64,000 bases of DNA from an uncultured Acidobacteriota bacterium. Its GTDB lineage: Bacteria > Acidobacteriota > Thermoanaerobaculia > UBA5066 > DATFVB01. Each line of letters opens with the position of its first letter. Positions within the stretch are counted from its first letter, which is position 1. The stretch covers positions 160,001-224,000 of the forward strand of contig CAWEYG010000003.1 of NCBI GenBank assembly GCA_963813155.1, in the 5' to 3' direction. Below the pieces are notes generated by a model. The model ran no database searches, had not been told where the DNA came from, and saw nothing but the letters and a program-made list of their open reading frames with translations. Below, one piece after another: positions 1-11,289 of the stretch. Both the position numbers and the translations under genes were made by a program.

Positions 1-2
1 CG

Positions 3-1046
3 GCCGTCGGGAGCATCGAGTCCCTCCTCGAGGCGGGCCGGATCGACGAAGCGCGCTCCGCCTGCGGGCAGACGCTCCAGGGCGGCCTCGAGACCGCGCC
101 GGTTCTCGCCGCCTGCGGGGAAGCGGCCTCCCGGCAGGGTTCCTGGTCGGAGGCGTTCGACCTCTTCGAAGCCGCCGGCCTGCGCGCGCCGGGCTCGGGC
201 GGTCTGAGCGAGCTCAAACGGGCCGCCGCGCCGAAAGCCGTCGCCGAGCTCGTTCGAGACGGCGAAGAGGCGCTCGGGGACAACGAGGTCGCGGAGGCCG
301 AAAACGCGGCGGAGCGAGCTCTCGCGATCGCGCCGGGAAGCCGTCCAGCGCTCCGGCTCTCCGGAGCGTCGGCCGTCGCGCGCGACGACCCGGAAAAGGC
401 GTTCGGCCGGTACTGGGCCGCGTGGAAGCTCGATCGCGCGGATGCGGATTCGGGCGAGAAGGCGGGAGACTTGGCGCTGAAGGTCGGGCGCTACGACGCG
501 GGTTACGAGATTTTCGGCGAGCTCTCCCGGCACGATTCCCGCTTTCTCTCCCGCGCGGAGGAATGCCAGGAGGAGTTTGTGATTTCGAACTGGCCGTCTC
601 CGGACCGGCAGAGCGCCCACGCCGCCCGACTGACCCGGGCCCAGGCGGCGGCGCTGCTCTGGAGGCTCCTTCCCGAGATCCGCGCGGTCCCCGTGCCGTC
701 TTCCGCGCCGGTCGCCTCCGACATTCTCTCGCGCGCCGACCAGAAGGTCCTCGCGCACTGCCTCGGAATCGGCCTGCTCACCGTCGACGGGTCGACGCAC
801 CGGGCTCGTCCGGACGTGTTCCTGTCCCGCGCGGAGGCCGTGCGCTTCCTGCTTCGTGCGGCGGCCGTCACGGGGCTCGGCCGGGCGGCGTCGTGCGTCG
901 ACGACAGGGCGTCCGGGGAGAGCCTCCTCGCCGCGGCCGCCGAGTGCGGCATTCTGCCGGCGGGGAAGGCCTCGGCCGTCTCCGGTCGCGAGTTTCGGCG
1001 CGGGATCGCCGCGATCCTCTCGGCCGGAGGGAGGGCGCGAAAATGA
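3..1046 (+). CDS. TPR-repeat protein, 5' end outside the window
   Basis: Frame of ORF 471..1046 stays open back to position 3 (AVGSIESLLEAGRIDEARS...AENAAERALAIAPG...) with TPR-like helices; stop overlaps next ATG (ATGA). Confidence 0.7.
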   Translation, partial: AVGSIESLLEAGRIDEARSACGQTLQGGLETAPVLAACGEAASRQGSWSEAFDLFEAAGLRAPGSGGLSELKRAAAPKAVAELVRDGEEALGDNEVAEAENAAERALAIAPGSRPALRLSGASAVARDDPEKAFGRYWAAWKLDRADADSGEKAGDLALKVGRYDAGYEIFGELSRHDSRFLSRAEECQEEFVISNWPSPDRQSAHAARLTRAQAAALLWRLLPEIRAVPVPSSAPVASDILSRADQKVLAHCLGIGLLTVDGSTHRARPDVFLSRAEAVRFLLRAAAVTGLGRAASCVDDRASGESLLAAAAECGILPAGKASAVSGREFRRGIAAILSAGGRARK

Positions 1047-1624
1047 GGGCGGAACGAATGCGCGGCCCGTGGACGATTCCCAATCTCATCACGCTCCTTC
1101 GCCTGGCCGTTCTTCCCGTGTTTCTCTACGCGATCGCGACGGCTCATCCGGTCGCCGCGCTCTCGCTTTTCGTTGTCGCGGGAGTCTCCGACGGCCTGGA
1201 CGGATACCTCGCCCGCGCCCTCAACATGAAGTCCGCTCTGGGCGCCGTCCTCGATCCGCTCGCCGACAAGCTGCTGATGATGTCCTCCTACGTCATGCTC
1301 AGCATTCCCTCGTACCCGGCCCGGCTCCACATCCCCCTGGGCGTCACGCTCCTCGTCCTCTCCCGGGACATCCTCATGCTGCTCGTCGCCCTGCTCGTCA
1401 TTCTCACGACGGGGCTCAAGGACTTTCCCGCGACGTTCGTGGGAAAGACGAACACCGTCGTTCAGATCCTCGCGGTCCTCGCGGTGCTGTGCGCCGACGT
1501 CTGGCCGCTGCCGGGCCCGTTCGTGTGGGTCCCGTTCGGAGCGGTCGCGGCGTCGACGGTCGTTTCGGGCTTCCACTACGCGGTTCTCGTCTCCCGGCGC
1601 GTTGCGGAGAAGGAGAAGGCGTGA
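1043..1624 (+). CDS. CDP-alcohol phosphatidyltransferase (PgsA/cardiolipin synthase-like)
   Basis: WTIPNLITLLR start and SDGLDGYLAR...GAVLDPLADK signature; ATG at 1043 overlaps upstream TGA. Confidence 0.9.
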   Translation: MRAERMRGPWTIPNLITLLRLAVLPVFLYAIATAHPVAALSLFVVAGVSDGLDGYLARALNMKSALGAVLDPLADKLLMMSSYVMLSIPSYPARLHIPLGVTLLVLSRDILMLLVALLVILTTGLKDFPATFVGKTNTVVQILAVLAVLCADVWPLPGPFVWVPFGAVAASTVVSGFHYAVLVSRRVAEKEKA

Positions 1625-1640
1625 TCTCGCTGCGGCTCCT

Positions 1641-1895
1641 ATGATTTCGCTCCGCCTCTACAGCCGGCGCGAGTGCCGTCTCTGCGAGGAGATGCAGGCG
1701 ACGGTGAACCGGGCCTCGGAGGGATTTTCAGTCCGCCTCGAGATCGTCGACGTCGACCTGGATTCCGAGCTGATCGGCCATTACGGCGAGGAAGTTCCCG
1801 TTTTGTTCGTCAACGGCGAGAAGTTCGCAAAGTATAGGATTGGGGAGACCCGACTGCGCTGGAAGTTGATGCGCGAGGCGTCGAAAGCGCGATGA
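1641..1895 (+). CDS. Glutaredoxin-like protein (DUF836 type)
   Basis: LYSRRECRLC (CxxC), VDVD...YGEEVPVLFVNG. Confidence 0.85.
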   Translation: MISLRLYSRRECRLCEEMQATVNRASEGFSVRLEIVDVDLDSELIGHYGEEVPVLFVNGEKFAKYRIGETRLRWKLMREASKAR

Positions 1896-1917
1896 GCCGG
1901 CCGGGCCGGGAGGCACG

Positions 1918-2223
1918 ATGAGCGAGTGGAAACGGATCCGGAAGGAAACGCGCCGGAAGGTGCGGGGCGGGCTGACGCAGGCGCGCCGATACGCGAAGCG
2001 TCTCGACGAGGAGACGGAGCCTCAGCGCCGGCGTCTGGGAGCGGAAGCGCGCCGGCGCGCCCCGGGATTCGCGGCGTTCGCCATCGCGACGGCGATCGAA
2101 ATGATGCGCCAGCGCCGCGGTCCGGAGAGGCGTCCGCGGTCGCTCGTACGATTTGGCCAGACGGTCGTCCTGCTGGGAATCGCGGCGTTTCTGGCCGCGG
2201 TCTTCCTGAAGCCGAAGCGCTGA
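1918..2223 (+). CDS. Small hypothetical protein with C-terminal TM helix
   Basis: GGAGG upstream of ATG; basic N-terminus, hydrophobic C-terminus. Confidence 0.6.
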   Translation: MSEWKRIRKETRRKVRGGLTQARRYAKRLDEETEPQRRRLGAEARRRAPGFAAFAIATAIEMMRQRRGPERRPRSLVRFGQTVVLLGIAAFLAAVFLKPKR

Positions 2224-2383
2224 GTTCCTCAGGCCGGGCGCAGGGCTCGGAACCTCCCGCCTAAAACTTTGCCCGAGAAGCGGTTCGCCGAGGGATCGAA
2301 TGCCGATCCGCTTGCTGGCACACCGTTTGCTTTTGGCGGTGGTTGTCCTGCTACCACAGCTTGGAAGCAGAAGGAGGATTTCG

Positions 2384-5300
2384 ATGCGCTGGCGTGAGAC
2401 CCGGTTCTTCGGGACTACTCTGGAAGTCGCGGCTCTACTCCTCGCGGTTCCCCTCTCGACTCGAGCGGCAACCCCCTCCTCCGGAACTCTCTCGGACGTC
2501 TCGGGTCCCCTGAACTACACGGCGGGGCCTTTCATGGCGGCCAACCCGACTCCGATTCCCGAAGTCGACAGCGGCCCCGAATGCAACAACCCGACGCAGC
2601 CCTGCGACGATTTCGCGCTGACCGTCGCGATGCCGGCCGGCTACGCGGCAGCTCATCCGAACGCCGCTATCCGGGTCGCGATGAGCTGGACCGACAGCGG
2701 CAGCGGGAAGTCGGACTACGACCTCTATATCTACAAAGGCACCGTCATCGGCACGAGCGGGAATCAGCCCTCCGATTTCGGATCGGTCAGCAGCGCGAAC
2801 CCGGAGATTGCCTACGTGAACCCGGTCGCCGACGGCTCCGCCTCCTACACGGTGAAGATCCTTCCCGCCACGCCGACGGGTGAAACCGTCCACGTGAAGA
2901 TCGATCTCCTGCCCGGTTCTGGCGGCAGGGGCGCGTTCGGAGGGCCGGACCCCGCGACACCGGGCGTTCCGCGCTACCAGAACTTCCTCGCGCCCGCGGG
3001 TTCCACGGCGGAGAGCTCGCAGGGCGAATTCAATATCGGGTTCAATCCCCGCACCGGACGCATTCTCACGATGAATATCGGGCCGATCTGGCGGCTGACT
3101 CCTCCCGAAAGACTGACGCCGAGCCTCCCGGCCTGCTGCGAGGCGCTCTGGGAGGATCGGTCGACGTTGACGACGAATACCGGCCTGGATCCGATTCTCT
3201 GGACCGATCAGAAGAGCGGGCGCACGTTCGCGTCCAATTCCACGGCCGGCGCCGATGCCGTCTATGCCTACAGCGACAACGACGGCGACCAGTGGACGGA
3301 GATCGGGGCCGGCCCTCCCGACGGCGGGGCGGACCACGAGACGATCGGAACCGGACCGTTTCCCGCAAGCCTGTCGCTTCTCACGACTCCCCTGAACCAG
3401 GGGCAGTTCGCGCTGTACTGCTCCCAGGACATCGTCGGTCCCGCCATGTGCCAGCGGAGCCTCGACCTCGGGGTCACCTGGGGTCCGGGCGTGCCGGCCT
3501 ACACGGGAAGCGGCACCTTCGGTTGCGGCGGCCTCCACGGGCACGTGCACATCGCGCCGAACGGCACCGCCTGGCTGCCGGTCAGTCAGTGCACCGGGCG
3601 GCAGGGGGGCGCGACGAGCACGGACGGCGGAATCACCTGGAATGAATTCGCCGTCACGGGGAGCGTCTCCCAGGCCCAGGGCGCCGATCCCTCGATCGCG
3701 CTCGACAGCGACAGCACCGCCTACTACTGCTACGTCAATCGAGAGCCGGTAGCGGCCGGCAATCCGCCCGAAGGCCACGTCCACGTGAAAGTGAGCCAGG
3801 ACGGAGGCCTGACCTGGATCAACGATTTCGATCTCGGCGCGTCGCAGGGCATCAAAAACGCGGCCGAGACTGAGGCGGTCGGCGGAAGCTCGGGCCGCGC
3901 CGCGTGCGGTTTCCTCGGGACGAACGTGAACGGCGACTACCAGGCCGACGGTTTCCCGGGAGTCTGGTACGCGTTCATCGCGACGACTTACGACGGCGGA
4001 AAGAGCTGGGTGACGGTCAACGCCACGCCGAACGATCCCGTGCAGAGCATGACCGGCGTCTGGCAGCAGGGCGGCGCCCACCCCGACCGCAACCTGCTCG
4101 ACTTCAACGAAATCACGGTCGACGACAAAGGCCGCGTTCTCTACGGCTACAGCGACGGCTGCGTGACCCCGGGATGCATCGCCGGCACGGCGGCCAACGA
4201 CGGCACGGCGTTCATGCGCGTCGCCCGGCAATCGGGCGGCAAGGGGCTCTTCGCGAGCCTCGACGCGGCCGAACCGGTTGCGCCGAGGCCGCCCTGTCTC
4301 TCCGGAACGCGGGATTCTTCCGCCGCGCACCTGTCCTGGAAGGCTCCCGACAACGGCGGCTCCGAAATCGTGAACTACCAGATCTTTCGCGGCACGTCCC
4401 CGGGCGGCGAGGTGCTGCTCGCGCAGACCGGAAACGTCAAGACTGCGTACAACGACGCGACGGCCGATCCCGGCGTGACGCGCTATTTCTATGTCGTCAA
4501 GGCGATCAACGCGCTCGGCTCCGGCTTTTCGAGCAACGAGGCGAGTCTCGCGGTCGTGAACCCGCCGCCCGCGGAGAACGTGTGCGCGTTACCCGGCCTG
4601 ACCGAGCTCACGGACGCTTCCGGCGACACGAGCGCCGCCGAAGGCATCGTGAGCACTCCGGCGCCTCCGGGGTCCGACCTGCTCTCGTTCCAGCTCTCGC
4701 AGCCCTATTCCACCGACGGCGTCGTGCGCCTCGCTTTCACGCTCAACACGGATCCGGGGGAGTCTCCGCAGCTTCCCGGCTCCGCGTGGTACGTCGCGAT
4801 GAAGATTCCCGACCCGGCTCCGGCGACGACGTTCCACTACCGCGCCGTCCACATGGCATGGTCCGGCCCGACGCCCGTCTTCGAGTCGTACACACCGAGC
4901 GCGGGCAACAACGGCGCCGTCGACGGACGTTTCGTGACTCCCGGCACGGCCGTGCCTGCCGAGGCGAGCAGTGCCTACGCTTCGCCGTTCGACACGGTCG
5001 TCATCGTCGTCAAGGCGAGCGACCTCGGCCTGGTCCCCGGAAACACGATCGCGGGATTCGTGTCGGGCGTCTCGCAGAGTACCGATGTGACGAATCTCGG
5101 CACCGGCGCCTCGTCCCTCTATGACCAGATGCCGGACAGCCTCGCGTTCACCGGTTCCTACACGGTCCGGAGCAACCAGCTGTGCAGTCCGGAAGGCCCT
5201 CCCATCGCCGTTCTCCAGGCCACTCCCAACACCGGCTGCTCGCCCCTGACCGTTTCGTTCGACGGATCGCAATCCTACGATCCGGACGGCGACACGATCG

Positions 5301-5731
5301 CGTCCTACAAGTTCAACTTCGGAGACGGCACGGCGACGGTCAGCCAGTCGTCCCCGACGGCGGCCCACACGTATCCTTCGGCCGGCACTTTCTCGGCGTC
5401 ACTTTCCGTGAGCTGTTCCCGGGATGCCGAGAGCGTGAAGTCCGCGCAGGCTATCGTCTCGGTCGCCGCGGCGCCCGCGGCGCCGGTGATCTCGGCCCCG
5501 GCGTCGGCGAAGCCGAATCAAACCGGGTTGAAGGCGTCGGTCGCGAGCCACGCCGGGAGCCAGTACTCGTGGAGCGCTTCCAACGGCTCGATCACGGCCG
5601 GTCAGGGGACGAGCCAGGTCGCGTTCACGGCGGGAAGCAAGGGAACCGTCGGCCTTTCGGCGACCGAGATCTCGGCCGGAGGGTGCGTCTCGCCCGCGGG
5701 GCAGGCGTCGATCCCGATCGGCAAGAAGTAA
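2384..5731 (+). CDS. Large secreted protein: BNR/sialidase-like propeller, FN3 and PKD domains
   Basis: AAGGAGG then ATG at 2384; signal peptide; Asp-box repeats (SDNDGDQW, STDGGITW, SQDGGLTW, TYDGGKSW); LSWKAPDNGGS FN3; SYKFNFGDG PKD. Confidence 0.85.
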   Translation: MRWRETRFFGTTLEVAALLLAVPLSTRAATPSSGTLSDVSGPLNYTAGPFMAANPTPIPEVDSGPECNNPTQPCDDFALTVAMPAGYAAAHPNAAIRVAMSWTDSGSGKSDYDLYIYKGTVIGTSGNQPSDFGSVSSANPEIAYVNPVADGSASYTVKILPATPTGETVHVKIDLLPGSGGRGAFGGPDPATPGVPRYQNFLAPAGSTAESSQGEFNIGFNPRTGRILTMNIGPIWRLTPPERLTPSLPACCEALWEDRSTLTTNTGLDPILWTDQKSGRTFASNSTAGADAVYAYSDNDGDQWTEIGAGPPDGGADHETIGTGPFPASLSLLTTPLNQGQFALYCSQDIVGPAMCQRSLDLGVTWGPGVPAYTGSGTFGCGGLHGHVHIAPNGTAWLPVSQCTGRQGGATSTDGGITWNEFAVTGSVSQAQGADPSIALDSDSTAYYCYVNREPVAAGNPPEGHVHVKVSQDGGLTWINDFDLGASQGIKNAAETEAVGGSSGRAACGFLGTNVNGDYQADGFPGVWYAFIATTYDGGKSWVTVNATPNDPVQSMTGVWQQGGAHPDRNLLDFNEITVDDKGRVLYGYSDGCVTPGCIAGTAANDGTAFMRVARQSGGKGLFASLDAAEPVAPRPPCLSGTRDSSAAHLSWKAPDNGGSEIVNYQIFRGTSPGGEVLLAQTGNVKTAYNDATADPGVTRYFYVVKAINALGSGFSSNEASLAVVNPPPAENVCALPGLTELTDASGDTSAAEGIVSTPAPPGSDLLSFQLSQPYSTDGVVRLAFTLNTDPGESPQLPGSAWYVAMKIPDPAPATTFHYRAVHMAWSGPTPVFESYTPSAGNNGAVDGRFVTPGTAVPAEASSAYASPFDTVVIVVKASDLGLVPGNTIAGFVSGVSQSTDVTNLGTGASSLYDQMPDSLAFTGSYTVRSNQLCSPEGPPIAVLQATPNTGCSPLTVSFDGSQSYDPDGDTIASYKFNFGDGTATVSQSSPTAAHTYPSAGTFSASLSVSCSRDAESVKSAQAIVSVAAAPAAPVISAPASAKPNQTGLKASVASHAGSQYSWSASNGSITAGQGTSQVAFTAGSKGTVGLSATEISAGGCVSPAGQASIPIGKK

Positions 5732-5759
5732 GCTCGGCGTCCGCGTCCGTTTTTTCTCA

Positions 5760-5793
5760 GAGCTCCCCGCGCTTCGGCGCGGGGGGCTCTTTG
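5760..5793 (+). terminator. Rho-independent terminator
   Basis: GAGCTCCCCGCGC-TTCG-GCGCGGGGGGCTC hairpin followed by TTTG after the 5731 stop. Confidence 0.7.
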
Positions 5794-5811
5794 TCGTGAG
5801 ACAATTCCCCC

Positions 5812-8245
5812 ATGGCCTGGACTGCCGCGAAGATTTCGCTATTCGCCCTGGCGGCGTCGAGCGCCGCGGGCGCGACGACGTGGCCGCAATTCGATTTCGA
5901 CTCCCAGCACAGCGGAAACAACACACAGGAGTCGATGATCGACCGCACGAGCGTCACCAATCTCACGCAGCAATATCAGGTCGCGCTTCCGAGCATTGCG
6001 GACGGCGCGCCAGCTTACCTGCCCGGCGTCTCGACCTCCCAGGGAACGCTCGACCTTCTGTTTCTGACGACGAAGGCGGGTCACCTGCTCGCCATCGACG
6101 CGGCGACCGGAACGATCATCTGGTCGCACCAGTACGCCGCGGGAAGCTGCAAGATCAACAACGGCTCCAACGCCTGTTACACGACGTCGTCCCCGGCGGT
6201 GGACCCGACCGGCGCGTTCGTCTACGGCTACGGTCTCGACGGGAAGGTCCATCAATATCGCGTCGGGGACGGAGTCGAGACGACGACCGGAGGGTGGCCG
6301 CAGGTCACGACGCTCAAAGGGTTCGACGAGAAGGGATCTTCGGCCCTCTCGATCGCCGTCGCGAAGGACGGGCATGCCCGTCTCTACGTCACGAACGGCG
6401 GCTATCCCGGCGACGGGGGCGACTACCAGGGGCACGTGACCGCGATCGATCTCGCGAGCGGGGCGCAAAACGTCTTCAACGCGAACTGCAGCAATCAGGC
6501 CGTGCACTTCGTCACGACTCCGGGGACGCCCGATTGCGCCGCGGTGCAAACGGCGGTCTGGGCGCGGCCGGGCGTCATCTACGAGCCGTCGCTGGACCGG
6601 CTTTTCTTCGCGACGGGAAACGGCAACTTCGACGCCCCGAGCGTCTCGCCGCCGAACCACGACTGGGGAGACTCGGTGCTCTCGATTCGGGCGGACGGGA
6701 CGGGCTCGTCGGGCAATCCGCTCGACAGCTACACGCCGACGAATTTCCAGCAGCTCGACGACCAGGACCTCGACCTCGGCAGCGCCGCCCCGGCGATTCT
6801 CCCGTCGTCGTACTCGGGCGGAGTGCTCGCGGTCCAGAGCGGGAAGGACTCGAAGCTTCGCCTGCTGAACCTCTCGAACCTGAGCGGGCAGGGCGGGATC
6901 GCCCACGTGGGCGGCGAGCTTCAGACTCGTCTCCGTCCCGCAGGGGGGCGAGGTCCTCACGCACCCGGCCGTCTGGGTCAACCCCGCGGACCAATCGACT
7001 TGGTTCTTCGTCGCGAACGGGAACGGAATCTCCGGATTCAAGCTCACGATCAACGGGGCGGGAACTCCGTCGATTGCCTCTCAATGGTCGAATTCGGGAG
7101 GCGGAACGTCCCCCGTTGTCGCAAACGGGGTTCTCTTCTACGCCGGAAGCGGAATGCTCCGCGCGCTCAACCCCGAAACCGGAGGCCTCTTCTGGAGCAG
7201 CGCGCAGATCGGCGGAATCCACTGGGAGAGCCCGATCGTGGTCGACGGTGCGGTCTACGTCACCGACGAATCTCTGCACCTGACGGCGTTCGCGCTGCCC
7301 GCGGGGCCCGGTCCGGCGCCGAACGTCGACTCTTTCACCGCGACGCCTGCGGTGCTGGGGAGCGCGGGCTCCTCGACGCTCGCGTGGGCGACGTCGCGCT
7401 CGACCTCGGTGACGATTTCCGGGGTCGCCGGATCTTTTTCTCCGAGCGGAAGCCACGGCGTGTCGGTCTCTTCGACGACGAGCTACACCCTGACCGCGAC
7501 GGGGCCCGGGGGCAGCGCTTCGGCGGTCGCGACCGTCAACGTCCTGCCTCCCGGCGGCGCGGGGCTCGCGCAACCCGCCATCAGCTCTCCGACTCCCGGC
7601 CAGGTCGTCGGAACGACGAACGTGAATTTCTCCTGGGGGGCCGTCGCGGGCGCGGACGGGTACGGATTTCGAATTTTCAACGCTTCCAACGGGCAGATCG
7701 AGCTCACCGGTTCCACGAGCGGCGCGGCGTCGACTTCGACGGCGGCCGGTCTGGCCGGGGGAGCCCACACGTTCGCCGTGCGCGCCTGCGCCGGAGGGTT
7801 CGCGGACGCCAACTGCGGCCCCTACGGAACCGTCAACTTCAGCGTTCACGTGAGCGCTCCGACGTCTTCTCAGGTGAGATTCTTCACCCTGACGCCGTGC
7901 CGGATCGCCGACACCCGAAACGCGGCCGGGCCGTTCGGCGGTCCTGCGCTCGCGGCGGAAACGGGACGGGTCTTCACGCTCGCCGGGCGGTGCGGAATCC
8001 CTTCCGGGACGAAGGCCGTATCGCTGAATTTCACCGTCGTCACGCCGTCGACCGACGGGTCGCTGCAGATCAACCCGACGGGTGCGCAGCCGGGATCCGC
8101 GACCGCGATGTCGTTTCCGGCGGGGCGGGTACTGGCGAACAACGCGATCGTGTTTCTCGGGACCGACGGCGCGGTCGTCGTCACGGACGGTCAGATCACC
8201 GGCAGCGTGAATCTCGTCATCGACACGAACGGCTACTTCAAGTAG
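5812..8245 (+). CDS. Secreted PQQ-like beta-propeller protein with Ig-like and C-terminal 'LTPCRIADTR' domains; frameshift near 6930
   Basis: ORF 5812 is plausible until ...GGELQT and continues in the frame of ORF 7154..8245; DLDLGSAAP propeller motif. Confidence 0.75.
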
Positions 8246-8249
8246 ATCC

Positions 8250-9868
8250 TTGAATTCGAGGTCGATCGACCGGCTTCTCGCCGGTCTCGAAGAGGCGCGC
8301 GGCCGCCGGGGAGACCAGGCGGGCGTCGAATCGATTCTCTCCGCTCTGGCGCGCGCGACGATTCCCGACGCGCGCCGGCTGATCCGCCTTCACGAAGCGC
8401 TTCTCTACTTCCGCGCCTTTCCGAGCCGGAATGCAGTCGCGAAGCGGGCGGAAAAGCTGCTGGCCGGGTTCTCGGCCCGCGTCGAAGCGCTCCGAAACGC
8501 CGGAGGCGACATGTCTCCGTTCGACGATCCGGCAACCTCCGGAATCGCCGGGACTTCGGTTGCGATGTCGTTCTCTTTCGAGATGCTGCGCTGGCTCGAC
8601 CGCCGCTGCGGCAGGAACGTCCGGATTGCGTGGGACGGGTCCGACAACGGCGATCGCCTCGGCGAGACGCTTCCGCGATTCGTGCCGCTTCTCGAAGAGG
8701 AATCCCTGGCCGACGCCAATGTTCCGTACGTCTCCTGGCTCGACGCGGCCCGCGGCCGGTCGAGCCCGATCGGCTGGCTGTTGCGAAAGTTCGAGGGTTT
8801 TCGAGCCTCCCGAACGGCCGCCGCGGAGCTCTTCGATTCGCTCGACCTGCCGGTCGAATGGGATCTGGGGCGGCTGCCGCTCTCCCGCACGATGCTGCGT
8901 CTTCCGTCGCCGCCCCTGTTCTGTCACGGCGGCCGTCTCGTGCCGAGCCGGGACGTGCGGATCGAATCCGCGCTGGCGGGGCCGCCGCTGCGGGTCGCGC
9001 GCCTGTCGCCGGCGGGGGCGGAGCGCGCCCTCGACGGGGCCCGGGCGGCGCTCGCGACGCGGTACCGCGAGCTGCACGGCTTCACGCACGCGGACCCGCG
9101 CACGGCGATCCGCGCGCAGGGGAGCCGGGGAATCGCGATCTACATCTTCGGCCTTCGCCCGGAGCGGCGCCTGCCGATCCGCGCCGGGTTCGCGCACCTC
9201 GTGACGCGCAACGGCGTTCCAATCGGCTACGGGGACGGCCTCGCGCTGTTCGAGCGCGCGGACCTCTCTTTCAACATCTTTCCGGAGTACCGCGACGGGG
9301 AATCGGCGTTCGTCTTCGCGACGCTGCTGAAGACGTACAACCAGTTCCTCGGCGCCACGACGTTTTCGATCGAGCCGTACCAGATCGGCGCCGAGAACGA
9401 GGAAGCGATCGCGTCGGGCGCGTTCTGGTTCTACAGGAGGCTCGGGTTTCGCCCGGCCTCGAAGGAGCTGGAGCGGCTCGCGCAGCGCGAAGAGACGCGC
9501 ATCGCGGCGGACAAGTCCCATCGCACGTCTGCGGCGGTGCTGCGCCGCCTGGCCGGCTCGAACATGCTGCTCGAGACCGGGCGGTTCGGAAAAGGCGACT
9601 GGGATCGCTTCCACATCCGCAACCTCGGGCTCGCGGTCAACCGGAAGGCGGCATCCGGAACACGGACGCGGCCCTCGGACTCGGGTCTGGCGCTCGTGCT
9701 GGGAGTTGATCCCCGATCGGGGCCGCTGGAACCGTGCCGAGAAGAAAGCTCTCGCGGAGATCCTCCGGGCGAAATCGGCTCAAGTCGGAACGCCGCTATG
9801 TCCGGCTGCTGCAGAAACACGAGCGACTGCGCAAGACGATTCTGAAGCTCGGGTCGAAGCGACGGTGA
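8250..9868 (+). CDS. Conserved hypothetical protein with GNAT-like C-terminal motif; frameshifts near 9705 and 9780
   Basis: Long ORF with IEPYQIG...SGAFWFYRRLGF; the tail reads ...RYVRLLQKHERLRKTILKLG in a shifted frame. Confidence 0.65.
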
Positions 9869-9909
9869 TCCACCGTTCGGCGCGGGCGGAACGCACCCTC
9901 TGGTAAACT

Positions 9910-11265
9910 TTGACCAGCAAAATGGTAGAGGGGAGTGGGAGCGTGGCGCCCGGACGCAGCGACGTTCGCATCAGCATGCTGCTGGGGCTCGTCTGCCTGC
10001 TCGTCTACAACGCGAACCTGAGGTCGATCGGCGCCGGCGACACGCTTCCGCGCCCGATACCTGCCGTTCGGCATCTGGCACTACGGCAGCGTGCTCCTCG
10101 ATCCGATCCGCGACGCGACGGCCGAGGGCCAGGCCACTCCCTACTGGATCCAGACGGGTCGGAACGGGCATTCGCTGTCGTTGTACCCGGTCGTGCTTCC
10201 GGTGCTCGTCGCGCCGCTTTATCTTCCGGCGGTCGTCTACCTGAACGCTCGGCGGATGGACTCCGGAACATCTGCGGCTGCGTGGCGGCCGTGATGGAGA
10301 AGTTGACGGCCTCCCTGATCGCCGCCGCGGCTTCGAGTCTGCTCTACCTGCTCCTTCGCCGCCGGGCCCGGCCGGCGGACGCGCTGCTGCTCACGCTGGC
10401 CTTCGCCTTCGGCACGAATACCTGGATGATCGGCAGCCAGGCTCTCTGGCAGCATGGACTTGCGGAGCTCCTCCTCGTCGGCCTCCTGCTCCTGCTCACC
10501 GCGCCTTGCAGCACCCGCGCGCGCGCTGGCGGCGGGCGTGCTGTGCGGCCTCATCGCGGCCAACCGACCTCCCGATGCCATCCTGGCGGGGGCGCTCGGG
10601 CTCTTCGGTCTCTTCTGGGCGGGGCGCCGGGCGCCCTGGCTGGCGGCGGGGGCCGCCGTCCCCCTCGGCCTGGTGCTGACCTACAACCTCGCTGCGGCGG
10701 GGCACCTCGCCGGCGGCTACGGGATACCCCGGACGGCGGGGTTCTTCCACCACGGACTGTTGACCGGCGTCGCGGGCCTGCTGTTCAGCCCGACGCGCGG
10801 GCTATTCGTCTTTTCGCCGTTTCTCCTCCTCTGTGCCCGCCGGCTCTCCGGCTCCGCGATCGCGACGGCGAGCGGGATCGAACGCTGACTCTCGTCATCG
10901 GTGTCGCCGCGGTCACCCAGATCCTGTTTTACGCGAAGACCGACTGGCGGGCCGGCTATTCCTGGGGGCCGCGCTGGCTCACCGACGTCCTTCCCCTGTT
11001 GGTCTGGCTGCTCCCGCCGGCGCTCGCGGCCCTCCGTCGGCGGGCCGTGCCGCTCTTCGTGCTGGCGAGTCTGCGCCTCGATCGCGATTCAGGCGATCGG
11101 CGCGTTCTGGTACACGGGCGCGAGCGACGGGCGATTTTCGCGGTCCGTTCCGGCCCCGGAGAGATGCGGGCGGCCTGGGATCCCCGGAACACTCCGTTCA
11201 TCGCCGAGCTGCGACACGAGCGGGCCTCCCCGCAGCCGGAATTCGCGAACTGGACGAGCATCTGA
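9910..11265 (+). CDS. Polytopic membrane protein, GT-C/PMT glycosyltransferase-like; multiple frameshifts
   Basis: Hydrophobic segments split across frames (GDTLP, SLYPVVLP, SQALWQHG, GLLFSPTRGLFVFSP, WGPRWLTD). Confidence 0.6.
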   Translation: MTSKMVEGSGSVAPGRSDVRISMLLGLVCLLVYNANLRSIGAGDTLPRPIPAVRHLALRQRAPRSDPRRDGRGPGHSLLDPDGSERAFAVVVPGRASGARRAALSSGGRLPERSADGLRNICGCVAAVMEKLTASLIAAAASSLLYLLLRRRARPADALLLTLAFAFGTNTWMIGSQALWQHGLAELLLVGLLLLLTAPCSTRARAGGGRAVRPHRGQPTSRCHPGGGARALRSLLGGAPGALAGGGGRRPPRPGADLQPRCGGAPRRRLRDTPDGGVLPPRTVDRRRGPAVQPDARAIRLFAVSPPLCPPALRLRDRDGERDRTLTLVIGVAAVTQILFYAKTDWRAGYSWGPRWLTDVLPLLVWLLPPALAALRRRAVPLFVLASLRLDRDSGDRRVLVHGRERRAIFAVRSGPGEMRAAWDPRNTPFIAELRHERASPQPEFANWTSI

Positions 11266-11289
11266 AGGGCGGACATCTGGCCATCGCCC

